From: Verrucomicrobiota bacterium
GTDB lineage: Bacteria; Verrucomicrobiota; Kiritimatiellia; RFP12; UBA1067
DNA: 64,000 bases
Direction: 5' to 3'
Assembly (NCBI GenBank): GCA_023269675.1
Contig: JAHFSX010000003.1
Location: forward strand, 255,018 to 319,017
The position numbers and the translations under genes are program-made. The notes beneath the pieces are model-generated. The model saw only the letters and a program-made list of their open reading frames with translations. It was not told the DNA's origin and did no database searches. Positions 46,562-55,567 of this stretch are shown here, in pieces. The first letter of the stretch is position 1; each line of letters opens with the position of its first letter.

Positions 46562-47767
46562 ATGACTCAGGTTCGAACACAAATGCCGCAGGTGGCTTTG
46601 CTGTTGCCGACATCGATCAAGACCTGCCGGGAGCTGCTCCGCGGCATCCTTCAGTTCGTCCATTTACACGGGCCGTGGGCGGTCCATATCATCGAGGGGC
46701 GCGAGGGCGAGCAGAAGCTGTTGCGCCCCGCCGCGAGGGGATATACGGGGATCATCGGGACTCTGAACGATCAGCGTTATGCCGCGCGTCTGCTGGCCGC
46801 CAATATCCCGACGATGATCGCCAACCCTTCGGATGAGGTTCTTGACCCGGCGAACCCGCTCTCACGCTTGAGCCGCATCGTGTGCGACAACCGTCCGATC
46901 GGGAAATGCGCCGCCGAGTATTTTCTCGCGCGGAAGTTCCGCGACTTCGCCTTCATTGGCGAGGTCAACAACGCATCGTGGTCGGAAGAGCGACGGGTCT
47001 CATTCTGCGAGCGCCTCATGCAGGACGGGTTTTCCTGCGTGGCTTATCCTCTGCTTTCCGCATCTGCCCGGAAGGACTTCGGCGTGGAGCAGGGGGCGCT
47101 TTGCGACTGGCTCAAGGCGCTGCCGAAACCCATCGCGGTTTTCGCCGCCAACGACGTGCGTGGGCGGCAGGTGCTCGACTCCTGCCTGAAGGCCGGTGTG
47201 GCCGTGCCGCAGAATGTGGCGGTGCTGGGCGTCGACAACGACGAGCTGCTCTGCGAGACCACCAACCCGCAGATGTCGAGCATTCAGATGAGCACCGAGC
47301 AGGCGGGGTTCGAGGCCGCCCGTGTGCTCGACGGCATGATGCGCGGCACACGGCGAGGTGTGCCCAAACAGACCGTCATCACCTACGGCTTTTCGCATCT
47401 GGTGACGCGGCATTCGACGGAAACCGTCCAGATCGCCGACGCTCTGGTGGCGCGCGCGCTGGAGTTCATCCGCATCAACGCGGGCATCATGGTGAAGGTG
47501 GACGACCTGGTGCGGCATCTGCACGCCTCGCGGCGCTCGCTGGAGACGCGCTTCAAGGCGGTGATGGGGCGCACGGTCTACGCCGAGATCATGCGTGTGC
47601 GGCTGGAGCGCGTCCAGACGCTGCTGCGCGAGACGCCCATGACGATCGAGGCGATTGCGGATACCTGCGGGTTCGCCAGCGCCAGCCACCTCGGCACGCT
47701 CTTTAAACTACACTTCGACACGACCCCCGCGGCCTACCGCCGTCAGACCCGCAAAGATTCGTCCTGA
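46562..47767 (+). CDS. XylR-type regulator: periplasmic-binding-protein-like sugar-sensing domain + AraC-family HTH
   Basis: LacI/PBP-like N-terminal two-thirds (AVFAANDVRGRQVLDSCLKAGVAVPQNVAVLGVDN); C-terminal AraC HTH (TIEAIADTCGFASASHLGTLFKLHFDTTPAAYRR). Confidence 0.75.
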   Translation: MTQVRTQMPQVALLLPTSIKTCRELLRGILQFVHLHGPWAVHIIEGREGEQKLLRPAARGYTGIIGTLNDQRYAARLLAANIPTMIANPSDEVLDPANPLSRLSRIVCDNRPIGKCAAEYFLARKFRDFAFIGEVNNASWSEERRVSFCERLMQDGFSCVAYPLLSASARKDFGVEQGALCDWLKALPKPIAVFAANDVRGRQVLDSCLKAGVAVPQNVAVLGVDNDELLCETTNPQMSSIQMSTEQAGFEAARVLDGMMRGTRRGVPKQTVITYGFSHLVTRHSTETVQIADALVARALEFIRINAGIMVKVDDLVRHLHASRRSLETRFKAVMGRTVYAEIMRVRLERVQTLLRETPMTIEAIADTCGFASASHLGTLFKLHFDTTPAAYRRQTRKDSS

Positions 47768-47779
47768 AGCGTCTCACAC

Positions 47780-48541
47780 CTATTTCTTCGACGCGTCCAG
47801 CTTGCCGTCGGGACCGGTTGCGGTGGCCGCGGCTTTGAGGGCGGCCGCGGCTTCGGCCGCCGACGCCGGGCCCGCGCCCAGCGCCTTTCGGACACAGTCG
47901 GCGATGGCCTTGGCCTGCATCTTCTTGGCCTCGCCTTTGAAATGGAAGGTGTCGCTCCAGTTGGCGTCGCGGTCCAAGGGGTCCATCAGCGCGAACAGGT
48001 CGTCGGTGGGGATGCCCTCTTCGGCCATCACCCGCGCCGCGATGGCGTTCAGCTCCTTGGCCTTCGCCGTCAGAGCGGGATCCTTGAGCGGAGTCGAGCT
48101 CGCCCAAAAGATTTTCGCGCCCTTGCCCTTGGCCTTGATCAGCTTGACGGATGCGCGCAGACAGGTCTCCCAGTCCTGCCGGTCGCTCGACAGGCTGTGG
48201 AGCCCGTTGTTGAAGTGCACCACCGCATAGTCGGCCTCATCGAGAAAGAAAGCCAGGGAGCGGAGGTAGCTCTTGTCGCAGACGCATTTCGAGGTCGCGA
48301 AGAAGGTGACGGAGGCTGTGCCGGCCAACTCGTTGCAGACTTCCTTGTTGTACCCGTTGCAGATCGAGTCGCCGATGAGCAATACGCGCGGTAGCTTGGT
48401 GTCGTTGGCATTGTAGGCGTATGAGGTGATCCACTCCGTGTTTTCGCGGGGATGCTCGACTTTTGTTTTGGGCTGTTCCTGCGCCCAAAGCATCGTCCCG
48501 GTTAAACACAGACCCATGACCCATGTGAAGTTCTGATACAT
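47780..48541 (-). CDS. secreted SGNH/GDSL hydrolase (putative carbohydrate esterase)
   Basis: RVLLIGDSICNGY block I with catalytic Ser; signal peptide; C-terminal D..H-containing block. Confidence 0.65.
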   Translation of the reverse strand: MYQNFTWVMGLCLTGTMLWAQEQPKTKVEHPRENTEWITSYAYNANDTKLPRVLLIGDSICNGYNKEVCNELAGTASVTFFATSKCVCDKSYLRSLAFFLDEADYAVVHFNNGLHSLSSDRQDWETCLRASVKLIKAKGKGAKIFWASSTPLKDPALTAKAKELNAIAARVMAEEGIPTDDLFALMDPLDRDANWSDTFHFKGEAKKMQAKAIADCVRKALGAGPASAAEAAAALKAAATATGPDGKLDASKK

Positions 48542-48590
48542 TTGCGCCTATCCTTTTTTAACGGCTACCTCTGGCACTCGCTAGGGGGTA

Positions 48591-49988
48591 TTAATAAATC
48601 CGTATGCACGTGCCTTTATAAGGCGGGGGCGCCTGATAAGGGACAAGCGTCAGAAACGGGTCCCCGATATATCCATGATCGCAGACATTGCCATCATTGG
48701 CATCGGTGATCGCTATCGTCAGATACCGACCCTTAGACACTTGCTTGACCGTCACGACATCCTCGCTGTCGTGGACGGCGAGCCGGTTTGTGACGAGGAC
48801 GCCGTCAACGAAGACGAAGTAGCTGATCGAGCCCAGCACCTTGGGGCGCGAGTCGCCGATGGTCGCCGTGAAGCGCTCGATGCTGAGCCCCGTATACGTC
48901 CTAACCGCGTCCAAGTTAAAGGTGATGCCCTTGCTGGCATGCGCGGAGATCAGAGAGTGGTTGGTGGGGTCTCCGTTGAAGTTCGCAAGGATGTTGGTGG
49001 ACGGATCCAGGTCCATGTTGAGCCCGTTACGCCAAGGGAGGTTGATGCTGGAGCTGTTTTGAGCATCGAAGTCGTAGGTGTGTCCCGCCCCGTCGATGAC
49101 AGTTGCGGTAGCGTTCGTATTCGGCACAAAAGTCCCGTCGACGTACGGATTGGAGGGAGAAGCCGTGTACGCACCCATGGTCGCTGACAAATCTCCGAAT
49201 CCCCCAAAACCGGGCAGGCGCCCGTCGCCGCCGCCTAAAGCATCGGCCAGATCAAAGGTGCCGGTCGGATAACGGGGTGCAGTCAACGGGGTCAAGGTTC
49301 CGTTCGCCAACCCCGCAATCGAGTTGGTGGGCAAGGCGTCCGTCCAGATCGCGACGTCGTCGATGCGGCCCTGCCACCATTCGGCAAACTTGTCGCCGCC
49401 CATGTAAAAGGGACGGCCGGTGATCGCAGTGTTGATAACGATGTTTGTCTTGAAAACGGCGACTCCGTTGCGGTAATAGGTGAACGACCTGTCGCTGCCA
49501 CATTTCACGACGGCATGATGGATCCACTGGCCCGAAGGGATGTCCGCGTAATCCACAACCAACTGAGGCGACGTTGTGAACTCAAACTTGGAGGTCGTGA
49601 ACTTGATCCACTGACCGCCGGTATTGGCATTCGCGTCAAAACGGTTGCCCAAGATGACGTTGTTGTTGGCACCCTGCTGGCTGTAGGCCCAGAAACTCCA
49701 CGTGAAGTTGGTCGCGTCGCCGATGGTCGGTAGTATCCCTGCATCGACATAGTTCGTGGCGGTGGCGCCTGTCCCGAAGTTCAGGACCTGCCCCCGCTGG
49801 GCGTCGTTCACCCAGGTCACGCCGCTGCCGTTCAACACGCCGTTCGTGCCTCCGGCAACCAGGTTCGTAGCTATTGTTCCCGAGGACGCATCCAAAGGCC
49901 AATACCCGATCAACTTGCCTTCCGCCGCGGGGCAGAAAGTCAGCAGCAGTCCTGCAAGGCAACACAAAATAAATCCAGTCTTCACCAT
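48591..49988 (-). CDS. secreted LamG / concanavalin-A-like lectin-fold protein
   Basis: Signal peptide MVKTGFILCCLAGLLLTF; LamG-like region (NFTWSFWAY...GQWIHHAVV...GRIDDVAIW); start moved to an internal Met with SD (track start 50045). Confidence 0.55.
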   Translation of the reverse strand: MVKTGFILCCLAGLLLTFCPAAEGKLIGYWPLDASSGTIATNLVAGGTNGVLNGSGVTWVNDAQRGQVLNFGTGATATNYVDAGILPTIGDATNFTWSFWAYSQQGANNNVILGNRFDANANTGGQWIKFTTSKFEFTTSPQLVVDYADIPSGQWIHHAVVKCGSDRSFTYYRNGVAVFKTNIVINTAITGRPFYMGGDKFAEWWQGRIDDVAIWTDALPTNSIAGLANGTLTPLTAPRYPTGTFDLADALGGGDGRLPGFGGFGDLSATMGAYTASPSNPYVDGTFVPNTNATATVIDGAGHTYDFDAQNSSSINLPWRNGLNMDLDPSTNILANFNGDPTNHSLISAHASKGITFNLDAVRTYTGLSIERFTATIGDSRPKVLGSISYFVFVDGVLVTNRLAVHDSEDVVTVKQVSKGRYLTIAITDANDGNVCDHGYIGDPFLTLVPYQAPPPYKGTCIRIY

Positions 49989-50228
49989 GTTTGTGGACAC
50001 TCCTCTATCGGGGTGATAAGCAACGAATAACGACACCCCTATCATTCGAAGCGCCTAGTATTTCCCAAAAGCCAACCCTTTGACAAGCAAGATCAGGGTG
50101 AATCGTGAAGTCAGGCGCAACCCGCGATTCGATTGCTGATGCGCTGCCGCGCACATGGCGAACAGGTGGAAACGCTTTTATCAAGCGTCTTTTCGGCGGC
50201 ATCGGCGGAAGGGTCCTCTGGGCCGGCT

Positions 50229-50274
50229 AAAGCCGGTACAACATACGGACACTCAGGCATGTTGTACCGGCTTT
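50229..50274. promoter_or_regulatory. perfect 16-bp inverted repeat AAAGCCGGTACAACAT-(14 nt)-ATGTTGTACCGGCTTT
   Basis: Read directly; in the LamG / HAD divergent intergenic region. Confidence 0.45.
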
Positions 50275-50379
50275 ATCCGTCTCCGGTCCTGGCGCGACCG
50301 GGTTCAACCCTGTGGGAGGGGCCCGAATAGCAGGTACACCCGGCTTTGCGGCCGGCCGGTTATTTGATATCTTACATTC

Positions 50380-50988
50380 ATGCGGATCTATATAGACTTC
50401 GACGACGTGCTGTGCGAGACCGCCCGCCACCTCTCGGTTTTGGCGCGTGAGCTGTTCGCCTGCGACGTCCCGTACGAGGCGATCTCGGTGTTTGACCTGC
50501 AGCAGGCCTTCGCGCTATCCGCGGCCGAGATTGACGATCTCATGGAGCGCGCGCACCGCACGGAGTTTCTGACCCTCCTCGATCCCGCGCCCGGCGGTCT
50601 GGAAGCCGTACGGGTTTTGGAGGCGCTCGGGCATGACCTTGCGATCGTCACCGGACGCCCCGCCTCCAGCCACGACGGCTCCCGCGGCTGGCTCCGCAAG
50701 CACGGCCTCGCGCATTTGGACATCGTCTACGTCGACAAATACGGCCGAGCGCCCGCCCATCCGCCGACCGGCTTTCCTCAAACGCTGAACCTCGCCGAGT
50801 TCGCGACGCTTCATTTCGATGTCGCCATTGACGATTCGCCGATCGCGCTCGACCTGCTCGCCCACCGCCAGAACTGCACGGTCATCGTCTATGACCGTCC
50901 GTGGAACCGGCTCTACGCGCATGCCGCCAACATGCGCCGCAGCGATTCGTGGGCCGATATCGTCAGCCTGATCGGGACGCTCGCATAA
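50380..50988 (+). CDS. HAD-superfamily 5'(3')-deoxyribonucleotidase-like protein
   Basis: N-terminal MRIYIDFDDVLCET (HAD motif I DxDx[VT]); size and later motifs match the NT5C-type family. Confidence 0.55.
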   Translation: MRIYIDFDDVLCETARHLSVLARELFACDVPYEAISVFDLQQAFALSAAEIDDLMERAHRTEFLTLLDPAPGGLEAVRVLEALGHDLAIVTGRPASSHDGSRGWLRKHGLAHLDIVYVDKYGRAPAHPPTGFPQTLNLAEFATLHFDVAIDDSPIALDLLAHRQNCTVIVYDRPWNRLYAHAANMRRSDSWADIVSLIGTLA

Positions 50989-51075
50989 CCCCGGAGCTTT
51001 CACCGCCAAGACACCACGCGCGCCAAGGTCACCAAGTTGCATCTCGTCTAAATTTCAATAACTGAGGGAAAGATC

Positions 51076-51543
51076 ATGGACTGGACTCAAGCCTTCAATC
51101 ACGTGCTGCCTTTGCTCGGACACCGCAACTGGATCCTCGTCGTGGACCAAGCGTATCCTTACCAAAGCGCGCCGGGCATCACGACCATCGACACCCAAGA
51201 GCCCTTGCCGGCCGTGCTCGAGAAAGTCGTGGCCGCCGTCAAGGCCTCCACGCACGTGAAGCCGATTTTCTATACGGACAAAGAACTCGGCTACATTTCC
51301 GAAGACATGGCGCCCGGCGTGGCGGCATTCCGCACGGAACTCGCCCGCATTCTGGCAGGGGCGCAGACGCAGACGCTGCTGCACGACTCGGTCTTCGCGA
51401 AGCTGGACGAGGCCGCCAAGCTCTTCAACGTGGTGATCCTCAAGACCCAGGGAACGATCGCCTACTCTTCGGTTTTCATCGAGCTGGATTGCGCCTACTG
51501 GAGCGCCGCCAAGGAGCAGGCCCTGCGCGACAAGATGCGCTAG
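51076..51543 (+). CDS. RbsD/FucU-family sugar mutarotase (D-ribose pyranase / L-fucose mutarotase)
   Basis: ILVVDQAYPYQSAPGITTID and NVVILKTQGTIAYSSVFIELD align with FucU/RbsD conserved blocks. Confidence 0.6.
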   Translation: MDWTQAFNHVLPLLGHRNWILVVDQAYPYQSAPGITTIDTQEPLPAVLEKVVAAVKASTHVKPIFYTDKELGYISEDMAPGVAAFRTELARILAGAQTQTLLHDSVFAKLDEAAKLFNVVILKTQGTIAYSSVFIELDCAYWSAAKEQALRDKMR

Positions 51544-51616
51544 CACGCCCAAGGATGGGCGTGCCACATTCCCGGACTGTGCCATGCGCATCCTTGCGCA
51601 TGGGCGGCGTGTGACC

Positions 51617-52936
51617 CTACCGCACCAGGCCGGAGAGCCAGCCGACCATCGCGTGCGGAAAAAGGGTGAGCAGAAGGTAAACCGCGATGTACGCGGGCAG
51701 GAAGCGCATGGCGCCGCGGAACACCTGCGCGGAGTTGGCGTCGGGGCTCATGCCCGCCACCACGAAGCACGAGACCCCGACCGGCGGCGTGATCGCGCCC
51801 AGCGTCGTCACCAGGCATATGACCTGCCCGAACCAGACCAGATCGTAGCCCATCCGCGCCACCAGCGGCTCGAAGAGCGGCAGCGAGATCAGCAGGAACG
51901 CCAGCGCGTCCATGATGCACCCGCCGATGAGGTAGCAGCCCATCATGAAGAGGAGGATCATGGCCGGGGCCAGGTCCATCCGCGTCACCCACTCGGTCAG
52001 CATGAACGGCAGGCGCGTCAGCACCAGGAAGCGGCCGAACACCGTCGCGCCCGCCAGGATCAGGAAGACCATGGAGGTGATGCGCAGCGTCGCGGTCAGC
52101 GCCTTCACGAACGCCGGCCGCGGCAGCTTGCCGCGCACCACGCAGCCGACGATCCCGAGCAGCGCGCCGAGGCCCGCCGCCTCGGTCGGCGTCACGATGC
52201 CCGAGAACATCGAGGTCATGATGATCGCGAACAGCACCGCCACGTCGAGCACCTGCGGCAGCATCGCGAGCCGGCGCTTGCGCGAGCCGCGCACGCCGGG
52301 CTGCGCCCAGTCGGGGTGCCGCCAGATGATGACCTTGACGGTCAGCACGAAGAGAAGCGTTAGCGTCAGGCCCGGAATGATGCTGCCCGCGAAGAGCTTG
52401 CCGATGCTCTGCCCCGTATAGAGGCCGTAGACCACCAGCACGATGCTCGGCGGGATCATCGCGCCCAGCGTGGAACCCGCCGCGATGCTGCCGCACTTGA
52501 GTTCGGGGTGATACTTGTTGCGCGACATGGGCTTGAGCGCCACGGAGCTCATGGTCGCGGCCGTGGCGGTGTTCGACCCGCAGATCGACGAGAAGCCCGC
52601 GCACGCCAGAATCGTGGTCACCGCCAGCCCGCCGCGCTTATGGCCGAACCACGCCTGTGCCGCGCGGAAGAGCCGGTCGCTGTAGCCCGCGTGAAAAATC
52701 ACTTCGCCCAGCAGCACGAAGAGCGGGATCACGGTGAAGCCGTAATTCGAGAAGACGGTCCACACCTCCGAACCGACAGAGCCGTTCAGCAGCGCCGAGA
52801 AACTCTGCGGCGGATGCAGCGCCAGCAGCCCGCCGAAGCCGGTCAGCAGCATCGCCAGCCCGGGGGACATGCCCGTGAAGAGAATCAGCACCAGCATCAC
52901 GCCGATGCCCAGAAAACCGATGGTTGTGGGATCCAT
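51617..52936 (-). CDS. dctM: TRAP transporter large permease subunit
   Basis: 439 aa, about 12 TM helices, DctM-family sequence character. Confidence 0.8.
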   Translation of the reverse strand: MDPTTIGFLGIGVMLVLILFTGMSPGLAMLLTGFGGLLALHPPQSFSALLNGSVGSEVWTVFSNYGFTVIPLFVLLGEVIFHAGYSDRLFRAAQAWFGHKRGGLAVTTILACAGFSSICGSNTATAATMSSVALKPMSRNKYHPELKCGSIAAGSTLGAMIPPSIVLVVYGLYTGQSIGKLFAGSIIPGLTLTLLFVLTVKVIIWRHPDWAQPGVRGSRKRRLAMLPQVLDVAVLFAIIMTSMFSGIVTPTEAAGLGALLGIVGCVVRGKLPRPAFVKALTATLRITSMVFLILAGATVFGRFLVLTRLPFMLTEWVTRMDLAPAMILLFMMGCYLIGGCIMDALAFLLISLPLFEPLVARMGYDLVWFGQVICLVTTLGAITPPVGVSCFVVAGMSPDANSAQVFRGAMRFLPAYIAVYLLLTLFPHAMVGWLSGLVR

Positions 52937-53044
52937 AAGAGAAACATCTGTTACAGGTTGATGGTTGCCGGTTGATGGTTACAGGTTGTCCCGGTTCTCA
53001 TAACGAGTAACCAGTAACGGGTAACGAGTAACCTGCAACCGTTC

Positions 53045-53617
53045 TTAACTCTCGCCATTCCCGACGGCATCCGGTTCCAGATCGCCGCGGATGCTGTTGA
53101 CCATGTGGGCGCGCTGCTGCGCGTAGGCGCTTTTATCTGTATGGCCCAGCACCAGCAGCACGAAATCGGTCAGGAACGAGGCGGCCAGCAGGAAGAGCCC
53201 GAACACCGCGCCGTACATGAGCCACGGATAGGGGAGCTTAAGCGTCTCCGAAACCTCGCCCGCGCGCAGCAGGACGCCGGCGCGGTTCGCGAGCTGGCAG
53301 CCGAGCAGCAGCACCAGCACCGCGCCCGCGAAGACGTTGAACGCGCCGACCCAGCGCCGCGCGCCCGCCGAATAGGAGCGGGTGAAGAGGTCCAGCTCGA
53401 CGTGCCCGCGCTTGCGCTGCGTGTCGGCCAGGGCCAGCGAGGCGATGAGCGCGCCGAAAAGCCCGGAGAGCTCGTAGCTCGCGCTGACCGGATGGCCCGC
53501 CAGGCGGAACGCGACGTTGCAGCCGGAGAGCAACACCAGCGTGACGAGCAAGGTGCCGGACACCGCCATCCCCGCGAAGCACAGGCCCTTTTCGATTTTG
53601 ATGAGTTTGATGAGCAT
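53045..53617 (-). CDS. dctQ: TRAP transporter small permease subunit
   Basis: 190 aa, 4 TM helices; between dctP and dctM. Confidence 0.75.
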   Translation of the reverse strand: MLIKLIKIEKGLCFAGMAVSGTLLVTLVLLSGCNVAFRLAGHPVSASYELSGLFGALIASLALADTQRKRGHVELDLFTRSYSAGARRWVGAFNVFAGAVLVLLLGCQLANRAGVLLRAGEVSETLKLPYPWLMYGAVFGLFLLAASFLTDFVLLVLGHTDKSAYAQQRAHMVNSIRGDLEPDAVGNGES

Positions 53618-53654
53618 AGTGAACGCAGAATCTTTGAATCAAGCCTTGTGGTAG

Positions 53655-53699
53655 GGACGGTTCCCCGAACCGTCCGCGGACGCCTCGGGGAGGCGTTCC
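53655..53699 (-). promoter_or_regulatory. two tandem GC hairpins (GGACGGTTC-ccc-GAACCGTCC; GGACGCCTC-gggg-GAGGCGTtCC) between dctP and dctQ; REP family 1
   Basis: Classic position of the inter-cistronic attenuator hairpin of TRAP operons; sequence homologous to 30001-30055. Confidence 0.6.
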
Positions 53700-53721
53700 T
53701 ACCTGATGAGGATCGGTGCCG

Positions 53722-54738
53722 CTATTTCGCGATCTTGCCGCGGATGAACGCGATGACCGCCTGGCCGTCCACGCCTTTGGCCGTCACGCGGGCGATGTAC
53801 TCCTCGATGAGCGGCTGGGCGGTTGCGCGCAGTACGGCCCGGTCCTCGGCCGAGGGCTCGTTGACCGTCAGGTGATGGTTCTCTTTCGACCAGGCGAGCG
53901 CTTCCAGCACATGCTGGTCCACATATGCGCCGGTCCACTCGGCCTGCTCGCGGTACAGCGCGTCGAACACCTGCTTCACATCGGCGGGCAGCGCGTCGTA
54001 CTTGGCCTTGTTCATGACCACCGCGAAGCTGGTGACACAAAGGTCGGTCTTGAAGACGAACGGGCAGTAGGAGGCGTAGTTCATGTCCTTCAGCACCTCG
54101 CCCGAGGAGACGTTGCCCTTGACCACGCCCTTCTGCAGCGCGTCAGGCACGTCCGACTGGGGCATGGCCACGGGCGAGGCGCCGAGTCGCTTCATCACCT
54201 CCGCGCCTGTGCCGGAGGAGCGCAGCGGCAGGTTCTTGAGGTCGGCCAGCGTCTTGACCTCTTTCGTGCTCATCACCAGGGCGGGCGGGCAGGTGAAGAC
54301 GGTCAGCACCTTGACCTGCGCGAACTCGGCGGGCTTGAAGGTCTCGATCAGCTCCGCGAGGATGCGGCTGGAGGTCTTGGCGTCCGCGAAGAAGTGCGGC
54401 AGGTCCAGGGCTTCGGCGACGGGGAAGCGGCCCGGCTGGTAGCTCATCGCGAAGTTGCCGATGTCGGCCGTGCCCGCGATCACGCCGTCGAAGATGTCTT
54501 TGGCCCCGAGCAGCGTGCCGCCCGGATAGGTGTTGACCTTGACCTTGCCGGCCGTGCGTTTTTCGACCTCGGTTTTCCAGTGCTCCATCTGGATGCAGGG
54601 AAAGGTCGAGGCGGGCGGGAAGTTGGCGTAGTTCAGCGTGATCGTCCCGGCGCCGGCCTTGGCCGTCGGATCCTTGGGGCCGCATCCGGACAACACGGCG
54701 ACGACGCTTGCGAGCAATACGGGCATCAACATTTTCAT
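53722..54738 (-). CDS. dctP: TRAP transporter substrate-binding protein (DctP family), probable lipoprotein
   Basis: Signal peptide with lipobox MKMLMPVLLASVVAVLSGC; DctP-type SBP body; track ORF extends to 54807. Confidence 0.75.
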   Translation of the reverse strand: MKMLMPVLLASVVAVLSGCGPKDPTAKAGAGTITLNYANFPPASTFPCIQMEHWKTEVEKRTAGKVKVNTYPGGTLLGAKDIFDGVIAGTADIGNFAMSYQPGRFPVAEALDLPHFFADAKTSSRILAELIETFKPAEFAQVKVLTVFTCPPALVMSTKEVKTLADLKNLPLRSSGTGAEVMKRLGASPVAMPQSDVPDALQKGVVKGNVSSGEVLKDMNYASYCPFVFKTDLCVTSFAVVMNKAKYDALPADVKQVFDALYREQAEWTGAYVDQHVLEALAWSKENHHLTVNEPSAEDRAVLRATAQPLIEEYIARVTAKGVDGQAVIAFIRGKIAK

Positions 54739-54820
54739 CGAGACAGGTCCCTTCATCCGTTTCTTTTGATAGTAACGGATGATAGCGGGTCTGCCCGTTT
54801 GCCGCAACCGAATTTTGCGG

Positions 54821-55437
54821 TTAGCGCAGCGCCTTTTTGAGGTAGGGCATATATTGGCGGGTATAGACGATGATCGACCAGACGTTGATGATGATGAGCA
54901 GGGCTTCGATCACGAAGATCAGCGCCTGCGGCAGGAAAAAAAGGTGCAGCGAGGCATAGACATAGATCACGCAGGCCGCGGGAAAGCTGGCCGCCGTGCG
55001 GAACTTGCCCATCCAGTTGGCGCGGCAGTCGGCGTCGTACAGCGAGCCCACCGAGCGCAGGAAGGTCACCCACTGGTCGCGCAGGATGTAGAGCACCGTG
55101 AAGACCAGCATCACCAAGGCATGGACCGACTCGTCCGGCTGCCGTCCGAGCAGCCAGAGCAGCGTCGGAAAAACCACCAGGTAAAAGACCTTGTCCATCA
55201 GCGGGTCGGCCATGGCGCCGAATTTGCTGACCACGTTCCATTTGCGCGCCAGCTGGCCGTCGAAGAGATCGGTCAGCGCCGCGACCGCCAGCGACACCGT
55301 GGCCGCCACCGCCAGCCACCACGCCTCGGGAGAGTGGGTGTAGGCGTGAATAATCGCCAAAATCATAAAGAGTACGACGAACGGCACACGTCCGAACGTG
55401 AGGGCGTTGACGAATAACCGTTTCGCTTTATCATCCA
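54821..55437 (-). CDS. pgsA: CDP-diacylglycerol--glycerol-3-phosphate 3-phosphatidyltransferase (CDP-alcohol phosphatidyltransferase family)
   Basis: DLFDGQLAR...GAMADPLMD (D-G-x2-A-R ... G-x3-D-x3-D) motif; about 205 aa multi-TM. The track's 981-aa ORF is a read-through artefact upstream of MDDKAKRLF; start coordinate +/- 2 nt. Confidence 0.7.
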
Positions 55438-55567
55438 TGGACCTTATGAAACCAAAAACGGTTCGGTTTGGAAATACAAAAGTCGTTTTCGTGCCAGGCG
55501 CTTTTTGGCTTTGTGCCGGTTCGGCGTTGTGCTTCAATGGATGAACCAAAATTGCTGGGGGTTTTTT

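Noticed and set aside
50290-50320. tRNA-like T-loop sequence GGGTTCAACCC
   Set aside because: No complementary T-stem, acceptor stem or anticodon arm can be drawn around it; no tRNA or rRNA genes were found anywhere in the window.
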